Assembly (NCBI GenBank): GCA_964567265.1
Contig: CAZMLK010000002.1
Span: forward strand, 138,813-202,812
Length of the DNA stretch: 64,000 nucleotides
DNA from: an uncultured Candidatus Saccharibacteria bacterium
GTDB taxonomy: Bacteria; Patescibacteriota; Minisyncoccia; Phycocordibacterales; UBA12088
Direction: 5' to 3'
Of the stretch, positions 9,562 to 17,295 are shown in pieces; position 1 is the first letter of the stretch; each line of letters begins with the position of its first letter. Made by a program: the position numbers and the translations under genes. The notes under the pieces were generated by a model, which made no database searches, had not been told where the DNA came from, and saw only the letters and a program-made list of their open reading frames with translations.

Positions 9562-10320
9562 ATGTACTACACCGTCCAACAACTTGCTACGCTCGCGAAT
9601 ATCAGCGTGCGCACGCTCCATCACTACGATGCGATCGGGCTTTTGCGGCCCTCGCGCGAGGAGAAGAACGGCTACCGCCGCTATGGGGAGGCAGAACTCC
9701 TTCGGCTCCAGCAGATACTCTTCTTCCGAGAGCTCGATTTTCCGCTTCCGGAGATAAAAGTAATCCTTGCTTCACCCACCTTCGACATGCGGGCAGCGCT
9801 CCGGGACCAGCGGAATCTCATCGAGATCAAGAGGAAACGTCTCACCGACCTCATGCAGACGATCGACGAGACGATTACCAGACTCAATACCAACAGCAAT
9901 ATGGACGACAAGAAACTCTATGACGGGTTCGATACCGGGGAGCAGGATCAATATGCGGACGAGGTGAAAGCGCGCTGGGGCAACACCGAAGCATACAAGC
10001 AGTCCAAGGAACGGACCAAGAACTGGACCAAGGCCGACTACGATCGGCTGAAGCAGGATGCTGACACCTGGATGAAAGCATTCGTGCTTGAGGTGCCGAA
10101 AGGCGCGAAGAGCCCGGAGGTGCAGAAGATGATCGCCGAGCATTACAACGCGCTCCGCAAATTCTACGAGCCGAACCTCAAGATGTACCGCGGCCTCGCC
10201 GACATGTACGTCGATGATCCGCGTTTCAGTGCCTACTATGAGAAGTACATGCCCGGGCTCGCGCTCTTCATGCAGGAGGCGATGCATTTCTACGCGGATA
10301 CTGAGGAGGCGAAGCAATAA
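9562..10320 (+). CDS. MerR-family transcriptional regulator with TipAS-like C-terminal domain (TipA/Mta-like)
   Basis: MYYTVQQLATLANISVRTLHHYDAIGLL HTH, coiled-coil dimerisation, C-terminal TipAS-type domain. Confidence 0.85.
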   Translation: MYYTVQQLATLANISVRTLHHYDAIGLLRPSREEKNGYRRYGEAELLRLQQILFFRELDFPLPEIKVILASPTFDMRAALRDQRNLIEIKRKRLTDLMQTIDETITRLNTNSNMDDKKLYDGFDTGEQDQYADEVKARWGNTEAYKQSKERTKNWTKADYDRLKQDADTWMKAFVLEVPKGAKSPEVQKMIAEHYNALRKFYEPNLKMYRGLADMYVDDPRFSAYYEKYMPGLALFMQEAMHFYADTEEAKQ

Positions 10321-10383
10321 GCCGAAGACCCCGGCAAAACAAAAAGCCCTTCAGGGCTTTTTGTTTTGCCGGGGTCTTCGGCT
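10321..10383. terminator. long perfect inverted repeat (29-bp arms) forming a bidirectional terminator between the convergent merR-like and SET genes
   Basis: gccgaagaccccggcaaaacaaaaagccc-ttca-gggctttttgttttgccggggtcttcggc. Confidence 0.6.
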
Positions 10384-10774
10384 ACCGATAGTACGCCGCC
10401 TTCTCGTCTTCCGGCTCTTCGAGCGAGTTGTAGTCGATCAGGATTTCCTCGTCAGCCGCGATGTCGCGTGCAGCGAAATAGAGGAAGTCCGTATGGATCG
10501 CATTCGGCTCTTTCGAATGGTTCAGATACCAGCCGATCTGCATCTTGCCGAAATCCATCGGGCAGTGGAGCTCATTACCTTCGATGATGCAGTGCTGGAT
10601 GAATGATTCCGGGATATCGCTCCGCTTCAAGATGCGTACTTCCTCGCCCGCGTCGGCATGATCGCCGAAGAGTCGGAGCGGAGCGCCCTTTGCGATTGCA
10701 TGGGTCGCGAAGACGCCGACGCCGTGAGCGCCGGGCCTGAGGACGAATGAGAATTCAGTGGTCGTTGTTTCCAT
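10382..10774 (-). CDS. SET-domain protein (putative protein-lysine methyltransferase)
   Basis: GWYLNHSKEPN matches the NHSCxPN SET motif; EEILIDY matches the EELxxDY post-SET motif; 130 aa. Confidence 0.65.
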   Translation of the reverse strand: METTTTEFSFVLRPGAHGVGVFATHAIAKGAPLRLFGDHADAGEEVRILKRSDIPESFIQHCIIEGNELHCPMDFGKMQIGWYLNHSKEPNAIHTDFLYFAARDIAADEEILIDYNSLEEPEDEKAAYYR

Positions 10775-10843
10775 GAGGTCAGTATATACAATCCCCCGCC
10801 GTTTTTGCTTCGCAAAAACGGCGGGGGATTGTATTTCCTCTAA

Positions 10844-11410
10844 CTATCGAATCCCGCTGTCACACGAGATATGCGCCTCGGTCGCTTGTCCTGCGGTGAC
10901 GGTTATCATCACATCCATGCAACTCGGAAGCACTTCAGCAGCTATGGGGTGGAGCGTGTATGCGCCTGGGGCGAGCGATACCATGAACCTGCCGGACTTG
11001 TCGCTTTTCACGGTCCCTGCGAGTACCATCGACTCCTGCCGATATATCTCAATTGTGGTGGAGTACGGCCGCGGCGCGCAGCCTGGCTCCGGCGGCACCC
11101 TCTCGACAGGGCATGTCGGCGAGACATCGACAAGACCGGTCACATCGCCCTTGGCGACGGTGCTGCCGATGCGGCCGGTAGTGCCTGCGGAGGTGCCAGG
11201 GCACTCAGCAAAGCTGCAGTTCGGGCCCGTGCGTCCAACGGAGCTTCCATCGGGGCATATCTTCGCATCAGCATCGCAGACCTGGCCGCCGATTACGTCC
11301 GGTCCGGGTGCCATCGCGTGACGGACGCTCGCACCATAGAGGGCGAAGATGCCGACACAGAAGAGAAGGAGTCCCGATACGATGATGCCGAATAAATGCT
11401 TGTGGTTCAT
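10844..11410 (-). CDS. secreted/anchored protein with N-terminal Cys4 module (C-x6-C-x12-C-x4-C) and C-terminal beta-sandwich (carboxypeptidase-regulatory/Cna-B-like) region; paralog B
   Basis: Signal-anchor LFGIIVSGLLLFCVGIFALYGA; motif CDADAKICPDGSSVGRTGPNCSFAECPG; later GTVKSDKSGRFMVSLAPGAYTL. Confidence 0.65.
   Translation of the reverse strand: MNHKHLFGIIVSGLLLFCVGIFALYGASVRHAMAPGPDVIGGQVCDADAKICPDGSSVGRTGPNCSFAECPGTSAGTTGRIGSTVAKGDVTGLVDVSPTCPVERVPPEPGCAPRPYSTTIEIYRQESMVLAGTVKSDKSGRFMVSLAPGAYTLHPIAAEVLPSCMDVMITVTAGQATEAHISCDSGIR
11196..11290. repeat. nucleotide-level repeat copy 1 (encodes the Cys4 module of paralog B)
   Basis: 32-nt exact identity (cactcagcaaagctgcagttcgggcccgtgcg, 11202-11233) with 11453-11484, about 80% identity over roughly 95 nt; third diverged copy at 18086-18180. 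Confidence 0.7.
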
Positions 11411-11682
11411 TGGATTTCGATTGATCCTTCAACGGCGGCGCCAGCTCCCGGACACTCAGCAAAGCTGCAGTTCGGGCCCGTGCGGCTTACATAACTTCCA
11501 TCCGGGCACTGCTTCGCGTCCTGTGTACAGATCTGACCGCCCGTGAATTCCTCGGGACCATTTCCTATCCCGCGATTTACCTTTGCCGCATAGAGCGCGA
11601 GGACGCCGACCCCGAAGAGAAGGAGGCCGACCACGATCATGATAAAGAGTGAATGAGGCTTCATGCGGGTCATACGATTCAA
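11407..11682 (-). CDS. small (91 aa) secreted/anchored Cys4-module protein; paralog A
   Basis: Signal-anchor then CTQDAKQCPDGSYVSRTGPNCSFAECPG; 4-nt overlap (ATGA) with the downstream paralog B. Confidence 0.6.
   Translation of the reverse strand: MNRMTRMKPHSLFIMIVVGLLLFGVGVLALYAAKVNRGIGNGPEEFTGGQICTQDAKQCPDGSYVSRTGPNCSFAECPGAGAAVEGSIEIQ
11447..11541. repeat. nucleotide-level repeat copy 2 (Cys4 module of paralog A)
   Basis: See copy 1. Confidence 0.7.
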
Positions 11683-11684
11683 GA

Positions 11685-12074
11685 TTACGAAATAAGGGTA
11701 CTAAAATATCCCTGCGAGAAATATGCACCTGCGAGGCCGACAATGACCGCGACGACGAAGTACGCGAAACTCTTGAGAGTCCGGACCGACGACAGCTGCC
11801 TGACGACCATGCCCCCCAAGGGAGCAAGGATGATGTACGGGGCCGCCATTGTCGCGAATCCGTATGCCGCCATCTGTCCGCCATTATAGCCTGAGAGCTT
11901 GATAATTTCCCCGGCCAGCTTCGATCCATACTCGAGGACCTCCTTCGGGCCGAAGAAGAGCATGAGACCGGCAACGAATCCGAACGCGATATTGATAATG
12001 ATGCTGAGCAGGTTAGTTTCATCCGGAGACGCGAACGCATTCGGCATCATGGGGTTCATCTGGAACGGGTCCAT
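11685..12074 (-). CDS. small hypothetical membrane protein (3 predicted TM helices)
   Basis: Hydrophobic segments IINIAFGFVAGLMLFF, AAYGFATMAAPYIILAPLGGMVV, YFVVAVIVGLAGAYF. Confidence 0.5.
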   Translation of the reverse strand: MDPFQMNPMMPNAFASPDETNLLSIIINIAFGFVAGLMLFFGPKEVLEYGSKLAGEIIKLSGYNGGQMAAYGFATMAAPYIILAPLGGMVVRQLSSVRTLKSFAYFVVAVIVGLAGAYFSQGYFSTLIS

Positions 12075-12175
12075 ATAGGTAGAGTATATTGGCGAACCAC
12101 TGTTTCAGGAACAGGCGTTATGCACCGAGAGGGGGAGCATTGCATGCGCACCCGTTCGGCATATACTGTCGGCAT

Positions 12176-12526
12176 ATGGAAACAAACACACAGATGGTGC
12201 CGCACAACATGGTGACGACAGGCTTCGAGCTCCCGGAGCACAAGGTCATTAAGAACCTCGGGATGACGCGGGGGATTGTCGTCCGCTCGCGCTCGATCAT
12301 CGGCTCGATCGGTGCCGGCCTCCAGACCATCCTCGGCGGAGACATCACCCTCTTTACCAGTCTCTGCGAGAAGACGCGCGAGGATGCGTACAATCTCATG
12401 CTCCAGCATGCTGCTGCAATGGGCGCGAACGCGGTCATCGCGGCCCGCTATGACGCCACCGAGCTCGGCGGCGGCATCACCGAAGTCCTCGCGTACGGCA
12501 CGGCAGTTGTTGTGGAGTCGAAATAG
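12176..12526 (+). CDS. YbjQ/UPF0145 family protein
   Basis: [86 protein letters not shown] is the typical YbjQ fold sequence; start trimmed to METNT. Confidence 0.75.
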   Translation: METNTQMVPHNMVTTGFELPEHKVIKNLGMTRGIVVRSRSIIGSIGAGLQTILGGDITLFTSLCEKTREDAYNLMLQHAAAMGANAVIAARYDATELGGGITEVLAYGTAVVVESK

Positions 12527-12539
12527 TTTCCGTACGTTT

Positions 12540-12583
12540 GAAACGGCAGAAGCCCGCGCGTGAGCACGGGCTTCTGCCGTTTC
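12540..12583. terminator. hairpin gaaacggcagaagcccg...cgggcttctgccgtttc after ybjQ
   Basis: 17-bp stem. Confidence 0.5.
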
Positions 12584-12602
12584 AACACATCCAAAATAGA
12601 AA

Positions 12603-12628
12603 GCCCCGGATGCGTGCGCATCCGGGGC
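12603..12628 (-). terminator. hairpin gccccggatgcgtgcgcatccggggc with T-run on the minus strand, downstream of ORF 12646-13326
   Basis: 10-bp GC stem, preceded on the plus strand by aaaataga. Confidence 0.5.
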
Positions 12629-12645
12629 CACTTCACGATCTCGAT

Positions 12646-13326
12646 TCAGCTTCCAGTGCGGACGGTTCTCCCGCCATCGATCACTTGAAGTTGAGTGGAA
12701 CTATTCGGCGCGAGTAGTTGGTTATAGAGACTCTCCAGAGCCGCAATCGCCTTCGGGTAGGTGGGATACTCGCTCCAGCTCTTCCCGTCCCAGATCCACC
12801 ACGTACGTCTTTCCGAAATGGTGCTCGAGTTAAGCGGGAGCACTTGCACCCGGATCAATTCCTGCGCCCTCTGAAGAGGATCGCCGTTGCTGTTTCCGGG
12901 GTCCGGCACCTTGTAGGTGAGGGAGATACGGAACTCTTCACCTTGGAGCCACTGCCTGGTACTGCTCCGGCGGTCGAGTAGTGCGACGGGGATGCCGACG
13001 CACTTCAAGTGGATTGATGTCGAATGGGGGAAGTTGGCCTCCCATCGTTTCTCGACTCCCCTGGAGAAATCGACCAAGGCTTCCTCAAGAAGTACCGCGG
13101 TCCGTTTCGCCGCATATGATCGTTTGAAATACCCGAAGGTGTTTCGGAACATCCGGGCCCACTTGGGGTACGTGGCACTAGCGAGCGACATGCCAGCCAA
13201 TGTCCAGGTGTGCCAAGTAAAGCCACCTGACCAGGTCCACTTGGCGGTAGAGGCGAAGAGAAACCCAAGCAGGATTGAACCCATGATGTAGGCATTCTGC
13301 TCAACCCAGTCACGCAGAGCGTCCAT
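12646..13326 (-). CDS. hypothetical protein with N-terminal TM/signal
   Basis: ILLGFLFASTA hydrophobic start, Trp-rich; no recognisable motif. Confidence 0.5.
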   Translation of the reverse strand: MDALRDWVEQNAYIMGSILLGFLFASTAKWTWSGGFTWHTWTLAGMSLASATYPKWARMFRNTFGYFKRSYAAKRTAVLLEEALVDFSRGVEKRWEANFPHSTSIHLKCVGIPVALLDRRSSTRQWLQGEEFRISLTYKVPDPGNSNGDPLQRAQELIRVQVLPLNSSTISERRTWWIWDGKSWSEYPTYPKAIAALESLYNQLLAPNSSTQLQVIDGGRTVRTGS

Positions 13327-13385
13327 TCACATTCCTCCAGTCGGGCCGACCTCACCACGAGGTGGCGTCTGAATCTGTCAGGATT

Positions 13386-13410
13386 TTGACATATTCCTAA
13401 GAAATGTCAA
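13386..13410. promoter_or_regulatory. perfect palindrome TTGACAT-N11-ATGTCAA in the promoter region of ORF 12646-13326
   Basis: 7-bp inverted half-sites, each containing a TTGACA -35-like hexamer. Confidence 0.3.
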
Positions 13411-13422
13411 ATAGTCGGAGCT

Positions 13423-13944
13423 TTACGGCACGTAGATTTCCTCGATCTTCGTCACGATGTTCCCTTGGACCGTGAGGTGGTAGGGAAGGGTGTTCCAGTG
13501 GAGGGACTTGTCGTCGATGAGCTTGGCGAATGCCGCAATGTCGATCTCGTGCGGAGCGACACCCTTGGTCTCCATGTCCAAGGTCTGCATGATGACTTTC
13601 GCAGACGGGCTGGTCTCATAGAGAAGCGGGGTCGAGGTCGACGGGTTGTCGATGAAGTAGTCATTCGGGAGGCATTCATCGCGTGTTTCCTCGGTACAGA
13701 CGCCGGCCCGGATCGCCGCATCCTCGCCCGCCTTGCCCGAAAGCCACTCGGCTTCATCAAACGCGATCCGGACATCCTTCGAGGTATCAACGTAGCGGAT
13801 GAATCCGAGCGTCGTGGTCGCGCTCTCAGTGTCCTCAGGAGTCGGCACCTCAGCCTGCTGCTTGAGAGTGTTCGCATACCAAAACCCAGCTCCAGCGATG
13901 CAGAGGATGAAAAGCGAAGCAGATAGAAAAAAGCGTTTAGACAT
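13423..13944 (-). CDS. hypothetical secreted protein
   Basis: Signal peptide MSKRFFLSASLFILCIAGAGFWYA; the ATG sits inside the terminator hairpin of the upstream gene; ORF-track TTG start at 13950 is also possible. Confidence 0.5.
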   Translation of the reverse strand: MSKRFFLSASLFILCIAGAGFWYANTLKQQAEVPTPEDTESATTTLGFIRYVDTSKDVRIAFDEAEWLSGKAGEDAAIRAGVCTEETRDECLPNDYFIDNPSTSTPLLYETSPSAKVIMQTLDMETKGVAPHEIDIAAFAKLIDDKSLHWNTLPYHLTVQGNIVTKIEEIYVP

Positions 13945-13964
13945 GTACAAAGTCTAAACGCTTT
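13930..13964 (-). terminator. 13-bp perfect hairpin aaagcgtttagac-atgtacaaa-gtctaaacgcttt followed by T6 on the minus strand
   Basis: Terminates ORF 13986-14624; its loop and left arm overlap the start codon of ORF 13423-13944. Confidence 0.55.
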
Positions 13965-13985
13965 TCCAAAGACTGGCTATAGATT

Positions 13986-14624
13986 CTAATCAAGCAATTT
14001 GAAGCTTTTCCAGATCCGATCAAGATCTGCCATCGGAATTCCGCGTGTCGTTATGCGGTAAAAATATCCTTTCCAAATGAAAAGTGTTGTGCGCTCCTCA
14101 TCTTGCTCAGCCACGGTATGTACGGGATCTTTGGACATGTCGAACTTCCTCGTCAACGCAGGAACGCCAGAAACGGTCGTCTGCCCGATAAGATAATTTT
14201 CTTCATTGCCAACCCAGTGGTGGTATTCATCCGACAGTGATCCAGTCGCTGCTTGGGAGTTTACGGTAAGGATCCTCTCCTTCCCGGTCATATCATTTGC
14301 AATGAGCGCATAGGATGTATATTGATTCGGGTCGCCTTCGCCTACTAACATGCCGGAGGGGCGAAATTCCATATCGGAAGGCGCGTCAACGGAAAAGTGA
14401 AGAAAGTCATTTTTGTAGCGAACCCATTCACTAGAGAGCTGGGTGGATGACCCAGTGAATGATGTCGGAAGTTCATCTGCGCGTAATGTCCGACTTCCTT
14501 GCATACTCACACTCTGTGGAGCCTTACCAGAGTTCATTTTTGCAGCGAAATAAATAATACCCCCTGCGATAACGAGGGCCCCGAGAAAAATAAATGTAGC
14601 GACGCTGAGGTTTGATTTTTTCAT
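13986..14624 (-). CDS. hypothetical N-terminally anchored protein (low-GC island gene 1)
   Basis: MKKSNLSVATFIFLGALVIAGGIIYFAA anchor; about 45% GC versus about 60% background. Confidence 0.5.
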   Translation of the reverse strand: MKKSNLSVATFIFLGALVIAGGIIYFAAKMNSGKAPQSVSMQGSRTLRADELPTSFTGSSTQLSSEWVRYKNDFLHFSVDAPSDMEFRPSGMLVGEGDPNQYTSYALIANDMTGKERILTVNSQAATGSLSDEYHHWVGNEENYLIGQTTVSGVPALTRKFDMSKDPVHTVAEQDEERTTLFIWKGYFYRITTRGIPMADLDRIWKSFKLLD

Positions 14625-14692
14625 GTGGATGCAATGATAGCAATAAGAAATTTTGGATTTAAAAAAAGTAGTTGCCCTATCTTACATGGAAC

Positions 14693-15553
14693 TTAATGCA
14701 ATTCGACATGTCCAAATGGTGATTTTTCCACTCTAACGCAAGGCAATGTCTGGGCAATTTCGTTGATCGTTTCCAATTGCGCTTGGCTCTTGGATGGGGG
14801 CCATGCTCCCTCAATCGACAATGCCCATTCACCCACATCCTCCAAAACATAAGTGTAAGTCACTATTTTTGCACCTCGTTTCTCGTGGATGATGATGGTT
14901 TGCGTCGTAACCTCTTTGATGGAGTCAACCAACTGCTGAACGACCTCACTGCGTGCATCTGGTGGAATTTCAAAAATAATGCTTGGCGCGTCAGCAGTTG
15001 TTGCTCGGTCGTAGTAGGAAGTCACTACTGCAATATTCCTTGAGTCAATTTTCTTACTGGTGATTGATTTCCAGATTGCAATAATTATTCCGTCTCGCAC
15101 TATTTCCCACATTGCTGAATCTATATCAGCTTGAATGTGAGCAATGGCCCAGTCTTTTATAGGAATGAGTATTGTTATGGCGTGGGAAGCGAAGTCCACC
15201 AGACCTATCATTTCTGCGCTCACCCCTCCTCCATATCCATGGGTATGCCAATTTAGCTCGTATTGATACTTCCCATCTATGTGTTCTTTGGCATGCTCAA
15301 CAGCCGCATCATCCACAATTGTCACCTCCAACCCCGTTTGTTTTGAGGTCAATTCAGAGACTAAGGGTGTAAGTAGGGAGTTCTCGATTTTTATGCGAAG
15401 TTTCAAGTCCCCGTTGCCAATAATGTTCTGGGCCGATTCTCTTGCCGCCTCAAGTTCTGCGTAATATTTTTGTGAAAAATCAAACACTCTAGCAGATTTT
15501 CGCTGTTCTAGGATACGGAGTAAAAAATTTTCGAGTTGTTCAAAAATTCGCAT
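14693..15553 (-). CDS. hypothetical cytoplasmic protein (low-GC island gene 2), contains NWHTHGYGGG motif
   Basis: 286 aa, no TM, no recognisable family; lower GC than surroundings. Confidence 0.5.
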   Translation of the reverse strand: MRIFEQLENFLLRILEQRKSARVFDFSQKYYAELEAARESAQNIIGNGDLKLRIKIENSLLTPLVSELTSKQTGLEVTIVDDAAVEHAKEHIDGKYQYELNWHTHGYGGGVSAEMIGLVDFASHAITILIPIKDWAIAHIQADIDSAMWEIVRDGIIIAIWKSITSKKIDSRNIAVVTSYYDRATTADAPSIIFEIPPDARSEVVQQLVDSIKEVTTQTIIIHEKRGAKIVTYTYVLEDVGEWALSIEGAWPPSKSQAQLETINEIAQTLPCVRVEKSPFGHVELH

Positions 15554-15594
15554 ATATTCGTAAACAGGCCTCCTTGCGGAAGCCTGTTTCTTTT

Positions 15595-16746
15595 CTACTC
15601 TTCTTTTTTGTCAGCTTTGCCTTCGAGGATTTCAAACACTTTCTCGTTACGCATGATGGTTTCGACGTACATGCGGACCGAGTCGGGGTTTGCTTCCTTG
15701 TAGTGCTCGAGGACGTGGTTCACGTCGCGGGCGACCTTGTCCTCAGGGAGGAGGATGGTCTCCTTCTCGCTGATCGCGTTCAGGATGAGCTGGAGCTTGG
15801 CGCGCTTCTCGGCTTCTGGCTCCCATTCCTTGCGGATGTCCTCAGGCGATTTGCCGAGGTGCTGGAAGTAGGTTTCCGGCTCGACGCCCATGCGCTCGAT
15901 CTCGGAGCGGAACTCGCCCATCATCTTGTCGAGCTCTGAGTCCTTGAGGATCTTCGGGAGGGCGATCGTTGCTTTCTCGACGAGCGCTTCGACGATGGCG
16001 AGGCGACGCTTCTCCTTTTCCTTCATTTCTTTCTCGGATTTGATGTTCTCACCAATCTTGGTGCGGAACTCGGCGACGGTGCCGAATGAGCCGAGCTTCT
16101 GGACGAACGCGTCGTCGAGCGCAGGAAGGTCCTCGTCCTTGATGTCGCTGCCGTCGTGCGCGCCGTGTTCGCCGGCTTCGTGACCTTCTTCGTCCTCATG
16201 CGCGTGATGCTGCTCGTAGTGCGCCATGCGGCGGCGGATGGCGAGAATGGCCTCATCCACTTCTGCTTCGGTTGGGTCGGCGACCGTGCTCTCCATCTTC
16301 TTCACGATCTTCTCGGAGATTGCCTTGTAGTCGGGGAGCTCGAAGGTCGGGACGACCGCCGTTTTCGCGACGAAGGAGACGGGGTTGCCGCGCGCGAGCT
16401 TGGTGATCGAGATATGCGGCCGGCCGATCACATCGAGCTCGTTGTCGATGATGATCGCGGGATACACGTCGGCGAGCGCTCGCTCGGCCATTTCTTCCAT
16501 GATCGCCATCTCGCCCACCTGCTTCACGAGCACCTCCTCAGGAACATGTCCTTTGCGGAAGCCGTCGATCTCTACCCGCTCGCTGACATACTTCACGGCC
16601 GCCTTCCGGTAGCTGTTGATGACTTCGACCGGGATATCGCCGCGGATTTCAAGCTCTGACTGCTCGAGCTTGATGATCTCGAGGTTGGTATATGGCTGAT
16701 TTCCTGGCTTCTTTACTTCGTTTGTTTCCTCGTGTGAGTCTTGCAT
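15595..16746 (-). CDS. tig: trigger factor lacking the PPIase domain (His/Glu-rich linker instead)
   Basis: Ribosome-binding signature GFRKGHVP in the N-domain, TF C-terminal chaperone domain; middle region HYEQHHAHEDEEGHEAGEHGAHDGSD replaces the FKBP domain. Confidence 0.8.
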   Translation of the reverse strand: MQDSHEETNEVKKPGNQPYTNLEIIKLEQSELEIRGDIPVEVINSYRKAAVKYVSERVEIDGFRKGHVPEEVLVKQVGEMAIMEEMAERALADVYPAIIIDNELDVIGRPHISITKLARGNPVSFVAKTAVVPTFELPDYKAISEKIVKKMESTVADPTEAEVDEAILAIRRRMAHYEQHHAHEDEEGHEAGEHGAHDGSDIKDEDLPALDDAFVQKLGSFGTVAEFRTKIGENIKSEKEMKEKEKRRLAIVEALVEKATIALPKILKDSELDKMMGEFRSEIERMGVEPETYFQHLGKSPEDIRKEWEPEAEKRAKLQLILNAISEKETILLPEDKVARDVNHVLEHYKEANPDSVRMYVETIMRNEKVFEILEGKADKKEE

Positions 16747-16828
16747 AGGCCCGACTATAGCAGAAAAACCACGCGCCCGTCCATGTGTGGACGGGCGCGT
16801 GGTTTTCGTCTATTTCAGGTCGTGGACA

Positions 16829-17269
16829 CTAGTTCCCGGACGTAGTATTGACTCCCTGCATGTCGCCATCGAGCGATTCGACATTGGTTGCGTTCAAGTC
16901 TGCTTCGATCGATGAGGTCTCGTCTGACGAGCTCTGCGTTTGAAGGGCTTTCACTGCCGGATCCTCTGAAGCGCCATTGCTGGTGCTGGTCGGCGGCGTC
17001 TGCGCCTTCTGATCTGGGACCGCACTGTTCTGCTCGTCGGAGAGCATCTGCTGGTTGAGGCGCATGCCCCAATAGTAGAGGCCTCCGATCGCGACCAGTG
17101 CGACGATGATGATCGCGCCGATCATCTGGCCGACGCTCGAGGAACCTTTCGGTGCCTCTGGAGGGGCGGCAGGCGGGACCATCATGTTCGGCACGCTGGT
17201 CGCCGGGGCAGGGGTTGGCGCTGCGGGAGCCGGAGCTACTCCTGGGGCGGAAGGCGTTTGTTCGTCCAT
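16829..17269 (-). CDS. hypothetical membrane protein with Pro/Ala-rich N-terminus
   Basis: APAPAAPTPAPATS low complexity, one TM (IGAIIIVALVAIGGLYYW), Ser/Thr-rich tail. Confidence 0.45.
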   Translation of the reverse strand: MDEQTPSAPGVAPAPAAPTPAPATSVPNMMVPPAAPPEAPKGSSSVGQMIGAIIIVALVAIGGLYYWGMRLNQQMLSDEQNSAVPDQKAQTPPTSTSNGASEDPAVKALQTQSSSDETSSIEADLNATNVESLDGDMQGVNTTSGN

Positions 17270-17295
17270 AGCGGATGTTTTACGGATTTTTAATA

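Noticed and set aside
13960-15590. Prophage or integrase within the low-GC island
   Set aside because: No recombinase, transposase or phage structural motifs were seen in either island ORF. It is reported only as a compositional island.
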